A stretch of DNA of 64,000 nt from an uncultured Spirochaetota bacterium (GTDB lineage: Bacteria > Spirochaetota > Spirochaetia > SZUA-6 > Fen-1364): positions 576,001 to 640,000 of the forward strand of contig CAWAHW010000004.1 in the NCBI GenBank assembly GCA_963781885.1. The letters run 5' to 3'. Of the stretch, positions 1-10,614 are shown piece by piece. A program made the position numbers and the translations under genes. The notes below the pieces were generated by a model that was not told where the DNA came from, made no database searches, and was given only the letters and a program-made list of their open reading frames with translations. Position 1 is the first letter of the stretch; each line of letters opens with the position of its first letter.

Positions 1-269
1 GGTGCCAGGGCCTCCACGATGTAGCTCCACGCGGCAAAGCCCTCGGCATCGGTCGGCTCGAAGCTCACCCACGCGCAGCGCGCCGCCGCGCGGACGATGG
101 ACGCGGCGAGCCATGTCTTCCCCATGCCGGGGCCCGCCGTGAGGAGGGTCACCCGGCGCGCGGGGCTCGTTGCCGCCGCGAGCAGGCGCGGCCTTTCCAC
201 TGCGTCGTCGGCGCGGGGCGGCGAGAGCTTCGTACGCAGGAGGACCCGGGCCGTCTTGTTCGCCGCCAA
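1..269 (-). CDS. MalT/LuxR-family ATP-dependent transcriptional regulator, N-terminal part (runs off the window's left edge)
   Basis: Not in the ORF track. Manual translation from TTG at 269 gives LAANKTARVLLRTKLSPPRADDAVERPRLL...RVTLLTAGPGMGKTWLA...CAWVSFEPTD. TKLxPP, RPRLL, Walker A and AWVS are the MalT-type N-terminal signature. Confidence 0.8.
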   Translation of the reverse strand, partial: MAANKTARVLLRTKLSPPRADDAVERPRLLAAATSPARRVTLLTAGPGMGKTWLAASIVRAAARCAWVSFEPTDAEGFAAWSYIVEALA

Positions 270-276
270 CGATTTC

Positions 277-1284
277 CTACCACTTCCCGCGCCGCAGACG
301 CGACGCCGTGACGAGATACGCGGTGAGACCGAAGGCCGCGATGACCGCGACGACGATCGCCACGGAGGCGCCGATGCGCGCGTCTCCCGCCTCCAGCTTC
401 CCGGTGAGCTCCATGATAGCGCGCTGCGGCATGATCGTCGACACGGCGCGAAGGAGCCCGCCCTGCGCCGCGGGGGCGATGAAGGAGCCGGAGAGCAGAG
501 TCGTGAACAGGGTGGCCATGCTCGCAACCGAGACGGCCTGGTCCTCGTCGGGCATGAGCGTTTCGATCAGGAGCGCAAAGGTCGATGCGAGGGCCGCCGT
601 GCACCCCAGGACGAGCAGCCAGGCCGGCAGGCTCAGCCCCAGCCCATTGCCCATGAGCGCGCCCTCCACGAGCACGGTGAGCAGGGCAGGCACAAAGCAG
701 AGAAGGAACGTGAAGATGCCCTGCGCCGCAAGATAGGTGCCGGCGCGGACAGGAGCCTGGCCCAGGCGATGGAGCATTCGCCGCTCCTTGTCCTGTGCGT
801 AGAACCTTCCGCACATCACGCCGACCAGGAGGAGGAACATGAGCCAAATGCCCATGAGCGAGCTCGGCATGCCGCGTGGGACCGCCCCGGGGGCCGTCGG
901 CGGCGGGGTGACCGCCCCCGGGGCGCCGGCGCCGAGAAGAGTCGCGATCGTCGTTTCAACGCTCCGGGACCGCGCACGCTCCACAACCGCTGAGCCGTCC
1001 GCGGCGACTCTCACCACGGCATCGAGCCTGCCCAGCGCCAGGTCGGAAAGATCGGGCTCCCGGCGGGGGTACGTCACCGTGACGCGGGGAACACCGGCGA
1101 GGAGGTGCGAGGATGCGGCGCCCGGGCCAACGACTGCCACGCGCAGGCTGCCTTCGCTGGGCAGAGTCACGAATAGCGCGATCTGCGCCACGACGACGAG
1201 CAGCATGGCGCACACCGCGTATTCGCCGCGGGCAGCCCAGGCTCTCCAAAAGAGATTTTTCAGGATCGCGCCGAAGACGCTCAT
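277..1284 (-). CDS. ABC-2 type exporter permease
   Basis: C-terminal part of track ORF 277..3183. The real start is MSVFGAILKNLFW (ATG 1284, overlapping the upstream stop). One TM helix, an extracytoplasmic loop, then 5 TM helices with a QDKERRMLHRL..APV motif. Confidence 0.85.
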   Translation of the reverse strand: MSVFGAILKNLFWRAWAARGEYAVCAMLLVVVAQIALFVTLPSEGSLRVAVVGPGAASSHLLAGVPRVTVTYPRREPDLSDLALGRLDAVVRVAADGSAVVERARSRSVETTIATLLGAGAPGAVTPPPTAPGAVPRGMPSSLMGIWLMFLLLVGVMCGRFYAQDKERRMLHRLGQAPVRAGTYLAAQGIFTFLLCFVPALLTVLVEGALMGNGLGLSLPAWLLVLGCTAALASTFALLIETLMPDEDQAVSVASMATLFTTLLSGSFIAPAAQGGLLRAVSTIMPQRAIMELTGKLEAGDARIGASVAIVVAVIAAFGLTAYLVTASRLRRGKW

Positions 1285-2021
1285 ACGTAGTCCTCCGACT
1301 TGAACGATGCGCGGCAGGCAAGGATCGCGGCTGCCGCGACGAGCACGGCGATGAGGGTCGCTTTCACTGCGCCGCCGGCCCGTCCGTCCCAGACGTATCG
1401 GAATGCCGCCTCCCGGATCCACGTGAAGGGAGAGAAAAAGGCCACGGTGGCCGCCGTTCGGCCCAGACTCTCCATGCTGAAGAACACCCCTCCCACGGCG
1501 GCGGCGACATTCATGACGAGGCTGAGGAGCCGGTTGGCCGTGGGCTCGTCCTTGACCAGGCAACAGAGGAAGACCCCGACGCTCGTGGAGGCAAAGGTGA
1601 CGGCCAGGACGAGGGGCGCAAGACCCATACCCAGGGCCGGCCCGAGACGGACGCCCGCCAGGGAGAGGACGATCATGTCCACCACGTACCCCGCCCCGCA
1701 GAAGATCGTCGTGGCGAGGATCTTGCCCAGGTAGAGCGCCGCGAGGGGAACCGGGGTGAAGAGGACCCGGAGATTCGTCGGCTTCAGGGTTTTCTCCATG
1801 AAGCTGTTCGTGGCGATCATGGATGAGTAGACAGCCATGTATATCATGATGTTGACCGCGCACACGTCCCACCCCGTCATTGCCCCTCCGAAAAGCCCTT
1901 CGTTCAGAAGGCCCAGGAGGCCGATGAGGACGAGGGGGAACAGGAGCGCGCTGAAAACGAACGATCTCTTGCGCAGCAGGTTGAGGATGTCTCTCCTCAC
2001 GATGAGTGTCAGTGCGTGCAT
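1281..2021 (-). CDS. ABC-2 type exporter permease
   Basis: 246 aa, about 6 TM helices, MEK..KP.NLRVLFTPV...YLGK pattern; GAGGA RBS. Confidence 0.85.
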   Translation of the reverse strand: MHALTLIVRRDILNLLRKRSFVFSALLFPLVLIGLLGLLNEGLFGGAMTGWDVCAVNIMIYMAVYSSMIATNSFMEKTLKPTNLRVLFTPVPLAALYLGKILATTIFCGAGYVVDMIVLSLAGVRLGPALGMGLAPLVLAVTFASTSVGVFLCCLVKDEPTANRLLSLVMNVAAAVGGVFFSMESLGRTAATVAFFSPFTWIREAAFRYVWDGRAGGAVKATLIAVLVAAAAILACRASFKSEDYV

Positions 2022-2030
2022 GGCATCCTC

Positions 2031-2969
2031 CTAGTCGCGAAGGCTGCGGCCGGTGAGCCGTAGGAAGACCTGCTCGAGGCTGGGCTCCACGCTCGTCACG
2101 CCAATGAGCTTCCGCCGCGCCGCCACGACGACCCGGATCACGGCGTCCAGATTCTCCACGCCCCGGACGGTCTCCACGTCGAGGATGTTTCCCGTCTGCC
2201 GGCAGGTCTTCACGCCGGGCACCTTGTACAGCGGCGCTGCAGGGAACGGCTCCTCGCCGTCCAGCTCGATGCGGTAGCGACGCACGTCGCCGAGGCTCTC
2301 CTTGAGCGATTCGGTGGTGCCCTCGGCAACCGACACGCCATGGTCCATGATGAGGATCCTGTCGCCGATCGCCTCCACCTCCTCCATGTAGTGGCTCGTG
2401 TAGATGATGGTCGTGCCGGAATCGCGCAGGCTCTTGATGGACTCCAGCATATGATTGCGCGACTGGGGATCGATGCCGACGGTCGGCTCGTCCATGATGA
2501 GAAGGGATGGCCGATGGCAGATCGCACAGGCGATGTTCAGCCGACGCTTCATGCCGCCGGAGAAGGTGTCCACCTTGTCCGCGGCCCTGTCCTCGAGCCC
2601 GGCAAAGGTCAGCGCCTCGTCGATCCGCCGTCTCTTCTCGCCATCCCGCAGTCCGTACAGGGACGCGAAGAAGTCGATATTGTCGCGCGCGCTGAGGACG
2701 CCGTAGAGGGCGACGTCCTGCGGCACCACGCCAAGCTGGCGCAGGTAGCCGGGGGATCGGCGTCCCACCTCCTGACCGCGGAAACTGACGGTGCCGCCAT
2801 CCGGCGGGAGCACGGAGGTGATCATGGCGATCGTCGTGCTCTTTCCCGCACCGTTCGGACCCAGGAGACAGAATATCTCTCCCTCGCGCACGTCGAAAAA
2901 GATGTCCGCCACCGCCTGTGTCGCGCCGAACGATTTCCTTAGATGCTGAACCTGCAAGAACGCGCTCAT
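2031..2969 (-). CDS. ABC exporter ATP-binding protein (DrrA/LnrL-like)
   Basis: Walker A GPNGAGKST, signature FSGGMKRR, Walker B MDEPT, YTSH; start MSAFLQV after AAGGAG. Confidence 0.93.
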   Translation of the reverse strand: MSAFLQVQHLRKSFGATQAVADIFFDVREGEIFCLLGPNGAGKSTTIAMITSVLPPDGGTVSFRGQEVGRRSPGYLRQLGVVPQDVALYGVLSARDNIDFFASLYGLRDGEKRRRIDEALTFAGLEDRAADKVDTFSGGMKRRLNIACAICHRPSLLIMDEPTVGIDPQSRNHMLESIKSLRDSGTTIIYTSHYMEEVEAIGDRILIMDHGVSVAEGTTESLKESLGDVRRYRIELDGEEPFPAAPLYKVPGVKTCRQTGNILDVETVRGVENLDAVIRVVVAARRKLIGVTSVEPSLEQVFLRLTGRSLRD

Positions 2970-3161
2970 GTCCGCTCCTTTCCCGCATACCATAGCGGGG
3001 AACGGGCGGCCCAACCTCGGCCGAAGGGATGATTCGGGGGATGATTCGCCGGGGATGAGGCATCGCCGCCGCTCTTGCGGACAGGGTGACGGCGGAGCTA
3101 TAATGCGTACAGTTCCACATCAGTGTCGAGGCAACCGTCTCCTTTGCAGGGGAGTCGTGCA

Positions 3162-5227
3162 ATGAGAATACGGCGCTTTGCAACGGGAATCCGGCGAAGC
3201 CAGCAATCGTCTCGGGCCTCCTGGATTGCGCGGCGGCATCCCCTGCTGGCCGGTCTGTTTGCCTTTATCCTTTTCGGGACAGCTTCAGCGGCAGGCGCGG
3301 GCGCGCAGGAGAAGCGCGTTGCCCTGGTCATCGGCAACGCTGCCTACAAGTCGCTGCCTGCCTTGAAAAACTCCGTAAACGACGCCATCGACATGGCGGG
3401 CAAGCTTGCCTCCCTTGGATTTGAAGTCATCAAGGTCACCGATGCGACCCAGCAGGCCATGGAGGCCGGCGTTCGAGAGTTCGGAGAAGAGCTCGCGGGA
3501 AGCGACGTGGGGCTGTTCTATTATTCCGGCCATGGGGTCCAATCCGCAGGGATCAATTACCTCATTCCCGTTGACGCCGACGTCAAGGCAGAGATGGACC
3601 TCAAGTACAAGACGGTGCAGGCTGATTTCGTCCTGGACTACATGAGCAATGCCGGGTGCAAGCTGAACATCATCGTCCTGGATGCATGCCGCGACAACCC
3701 CTTCGCCGCCTTCAGGACCGCGACGCGCGGATTGGCGATCATCTCGGCTCCCCGAGGCTCGATCGTCGTCTACTCCACCAGCCCGGGGTCCGTCGCGGAG
3801 GATGGGCTCGGCAGAAACGGGACCTTCACGTCGGCGCTCCTGAAGAACATCGAGACGCCGGGCCTGGACATGAAGCAGATGTTCGACAAGGTGGGTCAGG
3901 AGGTGCAAGGCGCGACAGGCGGCAGGCAGGTGCCATGGCTCCTCTCGTCGTACTTTGGCACCTTCCAGTTCGCGCACGCGGCTGCCAGTGAGGTCGCCTC
4001 TGCGCCGCCGTCGAGCGCGCCCGTCAGCGCGATGAGCGTCCAGAAGGCCTTTGGATCGATCCAGGTGGAGGTGAAGACCGGGGCCAAAGTATTCGTCGAC
4101 GGCGTGGGCAAAGGAGAGCTGGGCCCGGGAGCGGTCGGCACGATCTCAGGAATGGAGGTGGGCAGTCGGAGCGTTGAGGTGCGGTATGCCGACGGTCACA
4201 TCGATCGACAAACGCTTACCGTGGAGCGAGACAAGACCGCGGCGGCGAGCTTCAGCTACGTGGTCCCGCCGCCGTCGGCCTCTCCCCCTTACCCGGCCCG
4301 GACGGGCCCCGCGGGGGCCGTTCAATCGCCTGCCACGGCAAGCCCATCCGCGGCGCCTCCGTCCCAGCCCTCTGGCCCGACCAACGCAGCCGTTTCGCCG
4401 ACATCGGCACCTTCCCAGACAGCCGTGTTGCAGGCGTCCCTCCGGCGACGGGAGTGAAGCCTGCTCCGACGGCAACGGTGTCAGACCCGCAAAGCCCGCT
4501 CCGACGGCAGCGGCGTCAGAGCCCGCGAAGGCCGCGCCGGTGGCGTCAAACGCGGTAGCGCAATCACCGGCAACCGCCGGCACTCTCCCTTCGACCCCGC
4601 CTTCCACCCCCGCAGCCCCCGGTTCCAGCGGGAGGATTTCTCTGCATTGGTTGCCCAAGGGTTCGGTGGTGAACCTGGACGGAAAGAAGCTCACGTCACC
4701 CATCATCCCGGGCGACGAATACTTGATCGCCAACCTGGTTCCCCGGAGCTACGCCGTCTCCGTGACCGTCCCCAACGCCGGTGTTTTCTCAAGTACTGTC
4801 GTCGTGGACCCGGGGCAGACAGCGACGATCCAAAAGCCGGATGCGTTTCTTCTTGCCGGCTATCAGAAGGCCCGCGCGCAAGCAGCGGCCACCCTTAAGA
4901 CGGCGCCGGCCTTGCGCACGACCGGATGGATCACCCTATCAGTCGGCGGAGTCGGGGCTCTTGGGGCGGTGGCCAGCTTCTTCCTCGGACAACACCAGTA
5001 TGCTCTCTATATAGCCGCGAGCAGCAGCGCGGACGCCGCGTCGTATCGCTCTAGTACCGAATTGTACTCCTATCTCTTCCTGAGCAGCGTCATCGTCGGG
5101 GGGCTGGGCATCGGCGGGGGCGGCCTTCTTGCATTGCTGGTGCCCACGCAGAGCTCGATAAAGGCCAGCATCGAGAAGCTGGACGAAGAGATCGGGGCGC
5201 TTTCAGGCGCGGGGGCCGGCGCAATGA
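3162..5227 (+). CDS. Secreted or membrane-anchored caspase-family (peptidase C14) protein with PEGA-like domains, Pro/Ala linker and C-terminal TM helices; split by apparent frameshifts at about 4425-4490 and about 5213
   Basis: Signal-like N-terminus, then KRVALVIGNAAY..LKNSVNDA, FYYSGHG (His) and VLDACRDNP (Cys). The frame stops at 4457 but coding continues in track ORF 4174..7107 (PEGA-like GSVVNLDGK, two hydrophobic helices). The end coordinate is inferred. Confidence 0.75.
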
Positions 5228-7107
5228 ATGCGCAAAAACTGAAAGTGGGGGCCCTGCTCATTGTAACGTGCCTCCTCTCATCGACCTGCACGCAGATGTG
5301 GGGACCGCTCAACAACCCTTACGATCCAAAAAGCGCCATGCTCCTGTGGGATTCGCACCTCGTGACTGGGGCGCGGTCATGGGGAGGAATCGCGTCCTCG
5401 GCTGATGGCTCCCATCTGGCAGCATGCACCGACTACTTGAATGTCTTTACGTCAGCCGATGGCGGTTCCAATTGGACGGAGCGTAATCCATTCGGGTTGA
5501 ATCAGTTGACAGCACCCGCGCGGATTTCCAGCTCCTCCGACGGCACCCATCTGGCCGCCTGCTACAGCGGAGGAAGCATATACACATCGAGCGACGCCGG
5601 CGCCACATGGACCGGTCAAACGGCCTCAGGGACGCGAGAATGGAATGACATCGCCTGTTCGGCCGACGGAAGTCATATCGCAGCGTGTGTGCAGAATGGA
5701 GACATTTACATCTCGGCTGACGGAGGCGCCACCTGGACCGATCAGACAGGCGCGGGATCACATTATTGGACCGGGATCGCTTCATCCTCCGATGGCAGCC
5801 ATCTTGCCGCGTGTGACGGAGGCCCCGGGTATATCTACCTTTCCGCAGACGGTGGATCGAGCTGGACGGCCCAGGCGGCGCCGGGAATCGGGAGTTGGAC
5901 GTGCGTTTCCTACTCTGCGAGTGGCAGCGTACTGGCCGCATGCGCGTGGAACAGGGACATCTGGACTTATGCACCGGGCACGTGGACCGATCAGGCCGGC
6001 TCTGGAAACTGGCAGTGGAGCTGCGTCGCCGTGTCTCCCGACGGCAGCCATCTCGCCGCAAGCGTCTATGGAGGCGACGTCTGGCATTCGACCAGCGGCA
6101 GTGGGACATGGCAAGATCAAGGCGTGGCGAATCCCCGGAACTGGGCGTCGCTCGCGTCATCCTCCGACGGCAGTCATCTGGCGGGCTGCGTCTATGGCGG
6201 GGATATCTTTTTGTCGAGCGACTGGGGTCAGAACTGGACTCTCTACGAGATTGCAGGAGCGAACTCGTGGAATTCGATGGCTTTCTCATCTGACGGCAGC
6301 CATATCGCTGCATGCGCGTACTGGAGCGACATCTTCACGTCGGCGGATGGCGGAGGCACGTGGACAGATGAATCGACAACGGGCTTTCAGGCATGGGCTG
6401 CGATCACTACCTCTTCCGACGGCAGCCACATCGCAGCCGCCGTCAACGGTGGTGACATCTGGACTTCCTCAAATGGCGGCGGCTCGTGGGCGGACAGCAC
6501 AAGCGCGCTCGGCGTCAAGCCGTGGTCAAGTATCGCCTCTTCATCGGACGGCAGCCACATCGCCGCGTGCGTCAACGGAGGAGACATCTTTACATCTCCC
6601 GACGGGGGAACGACATGGTTCGATCGTTCAACCGTGGGATCGGCAGCCTGGACATCGATCGCCTGCTCCGTTGATGGCAGCCACCTGATCTCCGGTGCGA
6701 ACAATGCGCTCATCGTCATATCGACGGACGGGGGAGCCACCTGGACTGCCCAAACGACAATCAGCGTAACGACTTGGCATTCCGTTGCCTCGTCACCGGA
6801 TGGAAGCCGTCTCGCGGCCTCCACAAGCAATAGCGTTTACACCTCCGCCGATGGAGGTACAACCTGGGTGTCACGATCGGTTCCGCAGACCTGCGATCCC
6901 TATTTCATCACGATCTCAGCCGACGGCAGCCACATCGCCGCATGCGGCGCTTCGGCCGACGTATATACCTCCGCGGATGGCGGGGCAACCTGGTACGACC
7001 AAACGGTCGGCGGCAAGAAGTATTGGAGCTCCCTGGCATTCTCCTCTGACGGGAGCCTCCTCGCTGCGTGCGCCGTCGGGGGAGACATCTACGTCGGGCA
7101 TAAGTAA
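5224..7107 (+). CDS. Lipoprotein with 14 BNR/Asp-box repeats (probable double 7-bladed beta-propeller)
   Basis: MNAQKLKVGALLIVTCLLSSTC lipoprotein-like signal; 14 copies of W..IA.SxDGSH(L/I)AA....I(Y/F)TSxDGGxTW, each about 43 aa. Confidence 0.8.
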   Translation: MNAQKLKVGALLIVTCLLSSTCTQMWGPLNNPYDPKSAMLLWDSHLVTGARSWGGIASSADGSHLAACTDYLNVFTSADGGSNWTERNPFGLNQLTAPARISSSSDGTHLAACYSGGSIYTSSDAGATWTGQTASGTREWNDIACSADGSHIAACVQNGDIYISADGGATWTDQTGAGSHYWTGIASSSDGSHLAACDGGPGYIYLSADGGSSWTAQAAPGIGSWTCVSYSASGSVLAACAWNRDIWTYAPGTWTDQAGSGNWQWSCVAVSPDGSHLAASVYGGDVWHSTSGSGTWQDQGVANPRNWASLASSSDGSHLAGCVYGGDIFLSSDWGQNWTLYEIAGANSWNSMAFSSDGSHIAACAYWSDIFTSADGGGTWTDESTTGFQAWAAITTSSDGSHIAAAVNGGDIWTSSNGGGSWADSTSALGVKPWSSIASSSDGSHIAACVNGGDIFTSPDGGTTWFDRSTVGSAAWTSIACSVDGSHLISGANNALIVISTDGGATWTAQTTISVTTWHSVASSPDGSRLAASTSNSVYTSADGGTTWVSRSVPQTCDPYFITISADGSHIAACGASADVYTSADGGATWYDQTVGGKKYWSSLAFSSDGSLLAACAVGGDIYVGHK

Positions 7108-7133
7108 GTGGAGGGGGCTCGCCAGAACCCAAG

Positions 7134-8582
7134 TCACGCCTGGGCCGTTCGCTTGCTGCTTTCCTTTGCCGTCGCTCGCGGGCTGCGCGCCAGGCTGAGG
7201 AGACCCGCGCCGAGCGCGGCGGCCGCGGCAACCATGCACGTCACGCGAATCGCGTAGGAGAAAGCCCGGTCCCACCCCGCGCCGCGGGCTGCCGCGGAAA
7301 GGGACAGAGTGAAGCCGCGGGACGCCATGCAGGTTGCCAGAAGCGCCGCGGAGGCTGCCTCACCGAGCGCCATGCCGAGATTGCGCGTCGTGGCAAGTGC
7401 CGCGCCGCCCACGCCCCGCGCATCGGCTGGCACATTGCCCATCACGGCGCTGTTGTTCGGGGTCTGAAATGCGCCCAGTCCGATCCCGGTCAGGGCAAAG
7501 GCACCCAGGACGAGCCACGTGGGCGTGGCGGCGGTGAAGGTGCCGAAGAGACATTCACCGAGCGCCACGATGATCATCCCGCCGCAACTCAGCCATCGGC
7601 TGTCGAACCTATCGGACAGGGCGCCGCTCACCGGCGCGGCGATCATGAGGGCCGCGGACATCGGCAGCATCATGAGGCCCGAGGCGCTCGGCGCAAGCCC
7701 GCGCAGCCCCTGCAGGAAGTAGGGCCCCAGAAAAACCATGATGAACAACGACAGGTAGAAAAGAGCGGCGGCGAGGTTGCCGGCGGCAAAAACGCGGTTC
7801 CGGAACAGCCGCAGGGGCAGAAGGGGGCTCGCGGCCCGCCGCTCGGCAAGAACGAAGAGCACGCCAAGGACGATTCCCGCCAGGAGCAGCATCCAGACGA
7901 CCGCGGAGCCGGCGTCTCCGTCGCTGAACATGTCCAGCGACAGGAGCAGCGAGACGAGCGCGCCGACGATCAGGACGGCACCAAGAGGATCGAACCTGCC
8001 GGGCGCCCGCTCGCGGTCACGGCCGATCGTGCGGAGGGACAGCAGCGTGCCGATGACCCCGATCGGCAGGTTCACAAGGAAGATGCTTTTCCAGCCGTAG
8101 GCCGTGGCAAGCAGACCTCCCAGCGCAGGCCCCGCGCAGGAGGCAAGCGCAACGGCGATGGCGGTCATGCCGAGGGCCCGTCCCCGCCGCGCGGGGGGAA
8201 CAGCGCCAACGATAAGGGCATTCGCCGATGCCATCATAAGTGACGCGCTGAGCCCCTGCAGGATCCGGGACACGATCAGCCATTCGATCGATGGCGAAAG
8301 CGCGGAAAACAGCGAGCTCGCGGTGAACCCGATGAAGCCCGCGACGTACAGCCTCCTATGGCCCACCATGTCGGCCAGTCGCCCGAATGCGAGCAGAGAC
8401 GCGCTCAAGGCGAGAAGGTACGCGACCGCCACCCACTCCACTGCCGCGATCGTGGAATTGAAAGTGCGCTGCATCAGAGGGAGCGCCATGTTCACTGCAT
8501 TCGCATCGAAGCTGCACATGAACGTGCCCAAGGCCACCGTCAGGACGGTTGCCATTCCTGATTTCTCTTTTGTAAGACTCAT
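7134..8582 (-). CDS. MFS drug:H+ antiporter (DHA2, EmrB/QacA-like, 14 TM)
   Basis: D(A)NAVNMALP, GRLADMVGHRR motif A, RILQG, GPALGGLL..GWKSIFLVNLPIG. Confidence 0.92.
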   Translation of the reverse strand: MSLTKEKSGMATVLTVALGTFMCSFDANAVNMALPLMQRTFNSTIAAVEWVAVAYLLALSASLLAFGRLADMVGHRRLYVAGFIGFTASSLFSALSPSIEWLIVSRILQGLSASLMMASANALIVGAVPPARRGRALGMTAIAVALASCAGPALGGLLATAYGWKSIFLVNLPIGVIGTLLSLRTIGRDRERAPGRFDPLGAVLIVGALVSLLLSLDMFSDGDAGSAVVWMLLLAGIVLGVLFVLAERRAASPLLPLRLFRNRVFAAGNLAAALFYLSLFIMVFLGPYFLQGLRGLAPSASGLMMLPMSAALMIAAPVSGALSDRFDSRWLSCGGMIIVALGECLFGTFTAATPTWLVLGAFALTGIGLGAFQTPNNSAVMGNVPADARGVGGAALATTRNLGMALGEAASAALLATCMASRGFTLSLSAAARGAGWDRAFSYAIRVTCMVAAAAALGAGLLSLARSPRATAKESSKRTAQA

Positions 8583-8596
8583 CTGCCTCTCCTATT

Positions 8597-8698
8597 AATA
8601 AGAATAACTATTCGTATTCATATACCAATCGCAAGAAGAAATCAATACGAATAAGAATATTTATTTCTATTGACAGATAAGAAGCCGGCGACTATCAT
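8597..8698. promoter_or_regulatory. Divergent MFS/TetR promoter with two TetR-type operator palindromes
   Basis: AATAAGAATA-AC-TATTCGTATT (8597-8618) and AATAAGAATA-TT-TATTTCTATT (8650-8671); TTGACA (8670-8675)-17 bp-TATCAT (8693-8698) upstream of tetR. Confidence 0.75.
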
Positions 8699-8710
8699 GA
8701 TTGAGAAGTC

Positions 8711-9326
8711 ATGGCAGAAATGAAAAAGACGCGCTTGCCCCAACAGCGACGCAGCATCGACAAGAAAAAGAAGATCATCGACGCGGCATATGAGGTTTTC
8801 TGCGCGAAGGGCTTCTACAAGACCACGACGATCGAGATCGCCCGGCGGGCAGGCGTTTCCATCGGCTGCCTCTACTCGTATTTCGCGGACAAGAACGACC
8901 TCTTCACGGTGATCCTGGACCGATACGACGCCGAGTTCGACGCGCTGCGCGTGCAGTCATTGGAGCCCGTGAACGGCACGCCGCGCTCCCATGCGGACGT
9001 CGTCCGCGCCGTCATGATGGCGCTCCTGGAGGAGCACGAGGCCTCCCGGGAGCTCAATCGGGAAATCATGATGCTCTCCTTCTCAGACCCCGCTATCGCT
9101 GCCCGGAAGAGAGCGGCAGGCCGCGAGGATCCAGGAGGTCGTTCGGAGCTACCTGGCGGCCAATCGGGAGGCCCTGCAGCCCATCGATCTGGATGCCGCG
9201 ACCGTGGTGGTCTGGAAGACCATCAGCAGCCTTGTCGACGCAATTGTCTTTGAGCCGCAAACCATCGACCGGCGGCGCATAATCGACGCGACCGTCGATG
9301 CCTTGTGCGCGTATCTGCTGAAGTAG
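8711..9326 (+). CDS. TetR/AcrR family regulator (apparent frameshift at about 9110)
   Basis: HTH KTTTIEIARRAGVSIGCLYSYFADKNDL. A sensible C-terminus (ERQAARIQEVVRSYL...DALCAYLLK*) continues in a shifted frame to TAG 9326. Confidence 0.85.
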
Positions 9327-9346
9327 CCCGCGGGTGAACCCGACTC

Positions 9347-10492
9347 CTATCGGGTAAAGGTCCGGGCGGTTTCCTTCAGCAAATCGCGGATGGGAAGACC
9401 CTGCGGGCAGATCTCTTCACACTTGCCGCACTCGACGCAGGCGTCCGGCTTGCCGGTAATGCGGGTGTAGCCCGTGAGCCACGTATCCCGGGTGCTCCAC
9501 ATGGAGGCAGCGTTGAGGGCTGCCAGCACCTCGGGAATCTGCACCCCCTCGGGACAGGGCTGGCAATAGCGGCAGGCCGTGCAGTCGGCCTTGATCCGTG
9601 AACGAAGGGCTGCCCGCGCCGCCCCGTAGACCGTGATCTGCTCGGGTGAGAGCGCGTTCGCCGAGGCGTGGTCGGCGACGCGGAGATTCTCCGCCACCTG
9701 CGCCGCGTCGTTCATGCCGGAAAGCAGGAGACTGACGCCGGGCTCGTTCCATACGTAGCGCAGCGCCCACTCCGCGGGGCTCCACCCCTCGGGCCGCCGA
9801 TCGAAGATCGCTTTCATCTCCGTCGGCAAATTCCGCGCCAGTCGTCCGCCCTTCAGCGGCTCCATGACGACGACGCCGATTCCCTTGCCCGCCGCGTAGC
9901 GAAGCCCGTCGACCCCTGCCTGGTAATCGCCGTCCATGTAGTTGTGCTGCAGCTGCGCCATGGCCCACCCGTCGTACTGGTCGATGATCCGGGGGAACTC
10001 GTCCTTCTGGCCGTGAAAGGAGAAGGCGGCATGACGGATGCGGCCGCGCCGGCGCTCCGCGTCGAGGAACTCGCGCACGCCCAGGCCGCACATGCGGTCC
10101 CATGCTTCTCCATCGAGGCCATGGACGAGGTAAAAGTCGATGTGGTCGGTCTGAAGGCGCTCGAGCTGCCGCGTGAGGTAGCTTTCCATCTCGTCCGACG
10201 TCTTGATGATCTGTTGCGGGAGCTTCGTGGCAAGCAGGACGCGGTCACGCCAGCCCCCCGCGAGGGCGCGGCCGACGACAGGCTCGCTCTGCCCCTGCTG
10301 CCCGAAGGAAGTGGCATGGTAGAACCAGGCCGTGTCCACGTAATTGACGCCCTTGTCGATCGCCTCGTGAAGGAGGCGCGTTGTCGCCGCCTCATCGATC
10401 TTGTCGGGGGAGCCCGCGGTCGGCAATCTCATGCAGCCGAAACCAAGCACGGACACCTCGATCCCTGTGCGTCCAAGAGCACGATAGCGCAT
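9347..10492 (-). CDS. Aldo/keto reductase with C-terminal 4Fe-4S dicluster domain
   Basis: VSVLGFGCMRLP, NYVDTAWFY, ATKLP, DFYLVH; CTACRYCQPCP and CVECGKCEEICP. Confidence 0.92.
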   Translation of the reverse strand: MRYRALGRTGIEVSVLGFGCMRLPTAGSPDKIDEAATTRLLHEAIDKGVNYVDTAWFYHATSFGQQGQSEPVVGRALAGGWRDRVLLATKLPQQIIKTSDEMESYLTRQLERLQTDHIDFYLVHGLDGEAWDRMCGLGVREFLDAERRRGRIRHAAFSFHGQKDEFPRIIDQYDGWAMAQLQHNYMDGDYQAGVDGLRYAAGKGIGVVVMEPLKGGRLARNLPTEMKAIFDRRPEGWSPAEWALRYVWNEPGVSLLLSGMNDAAQVAENLRVADHASANALSPEQITVYGAARAALRSRIKADCTACRYCQPCPEGVQIPEVLAALNAASMWSTRDTWLTGYTRITGKPDACVECGKCEEICPQGLPIRDLLKETARTFTR

Positions 10493-10614
10493 ACGAACCT
10501 CTTTCTCTCAGCTTTGAGACGGAGAATGCAACTTGATGGTGATTGCCAAAAGGATACCCGAATGGCAGGCGCCCGGCAAGGCCGCGCCCGGGAAACTCTT
10601 AGGGCGCACCTTTG

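Noticed and set aside
277-3183. 968-aa ORF
   Set aside because: Only 277..1284 is protein-like. The rest is an off-frame shadow of the ATPase and the first permease.
4174-7107. 977-aa single PEGA-TM-propeller fusion
   Set aside because: It contains an internal lipoprotein signal at 5224 and a latent ATGA overlap. It is better explained as the caspase gene tail plus a separate gene joined by a 1-nt error.
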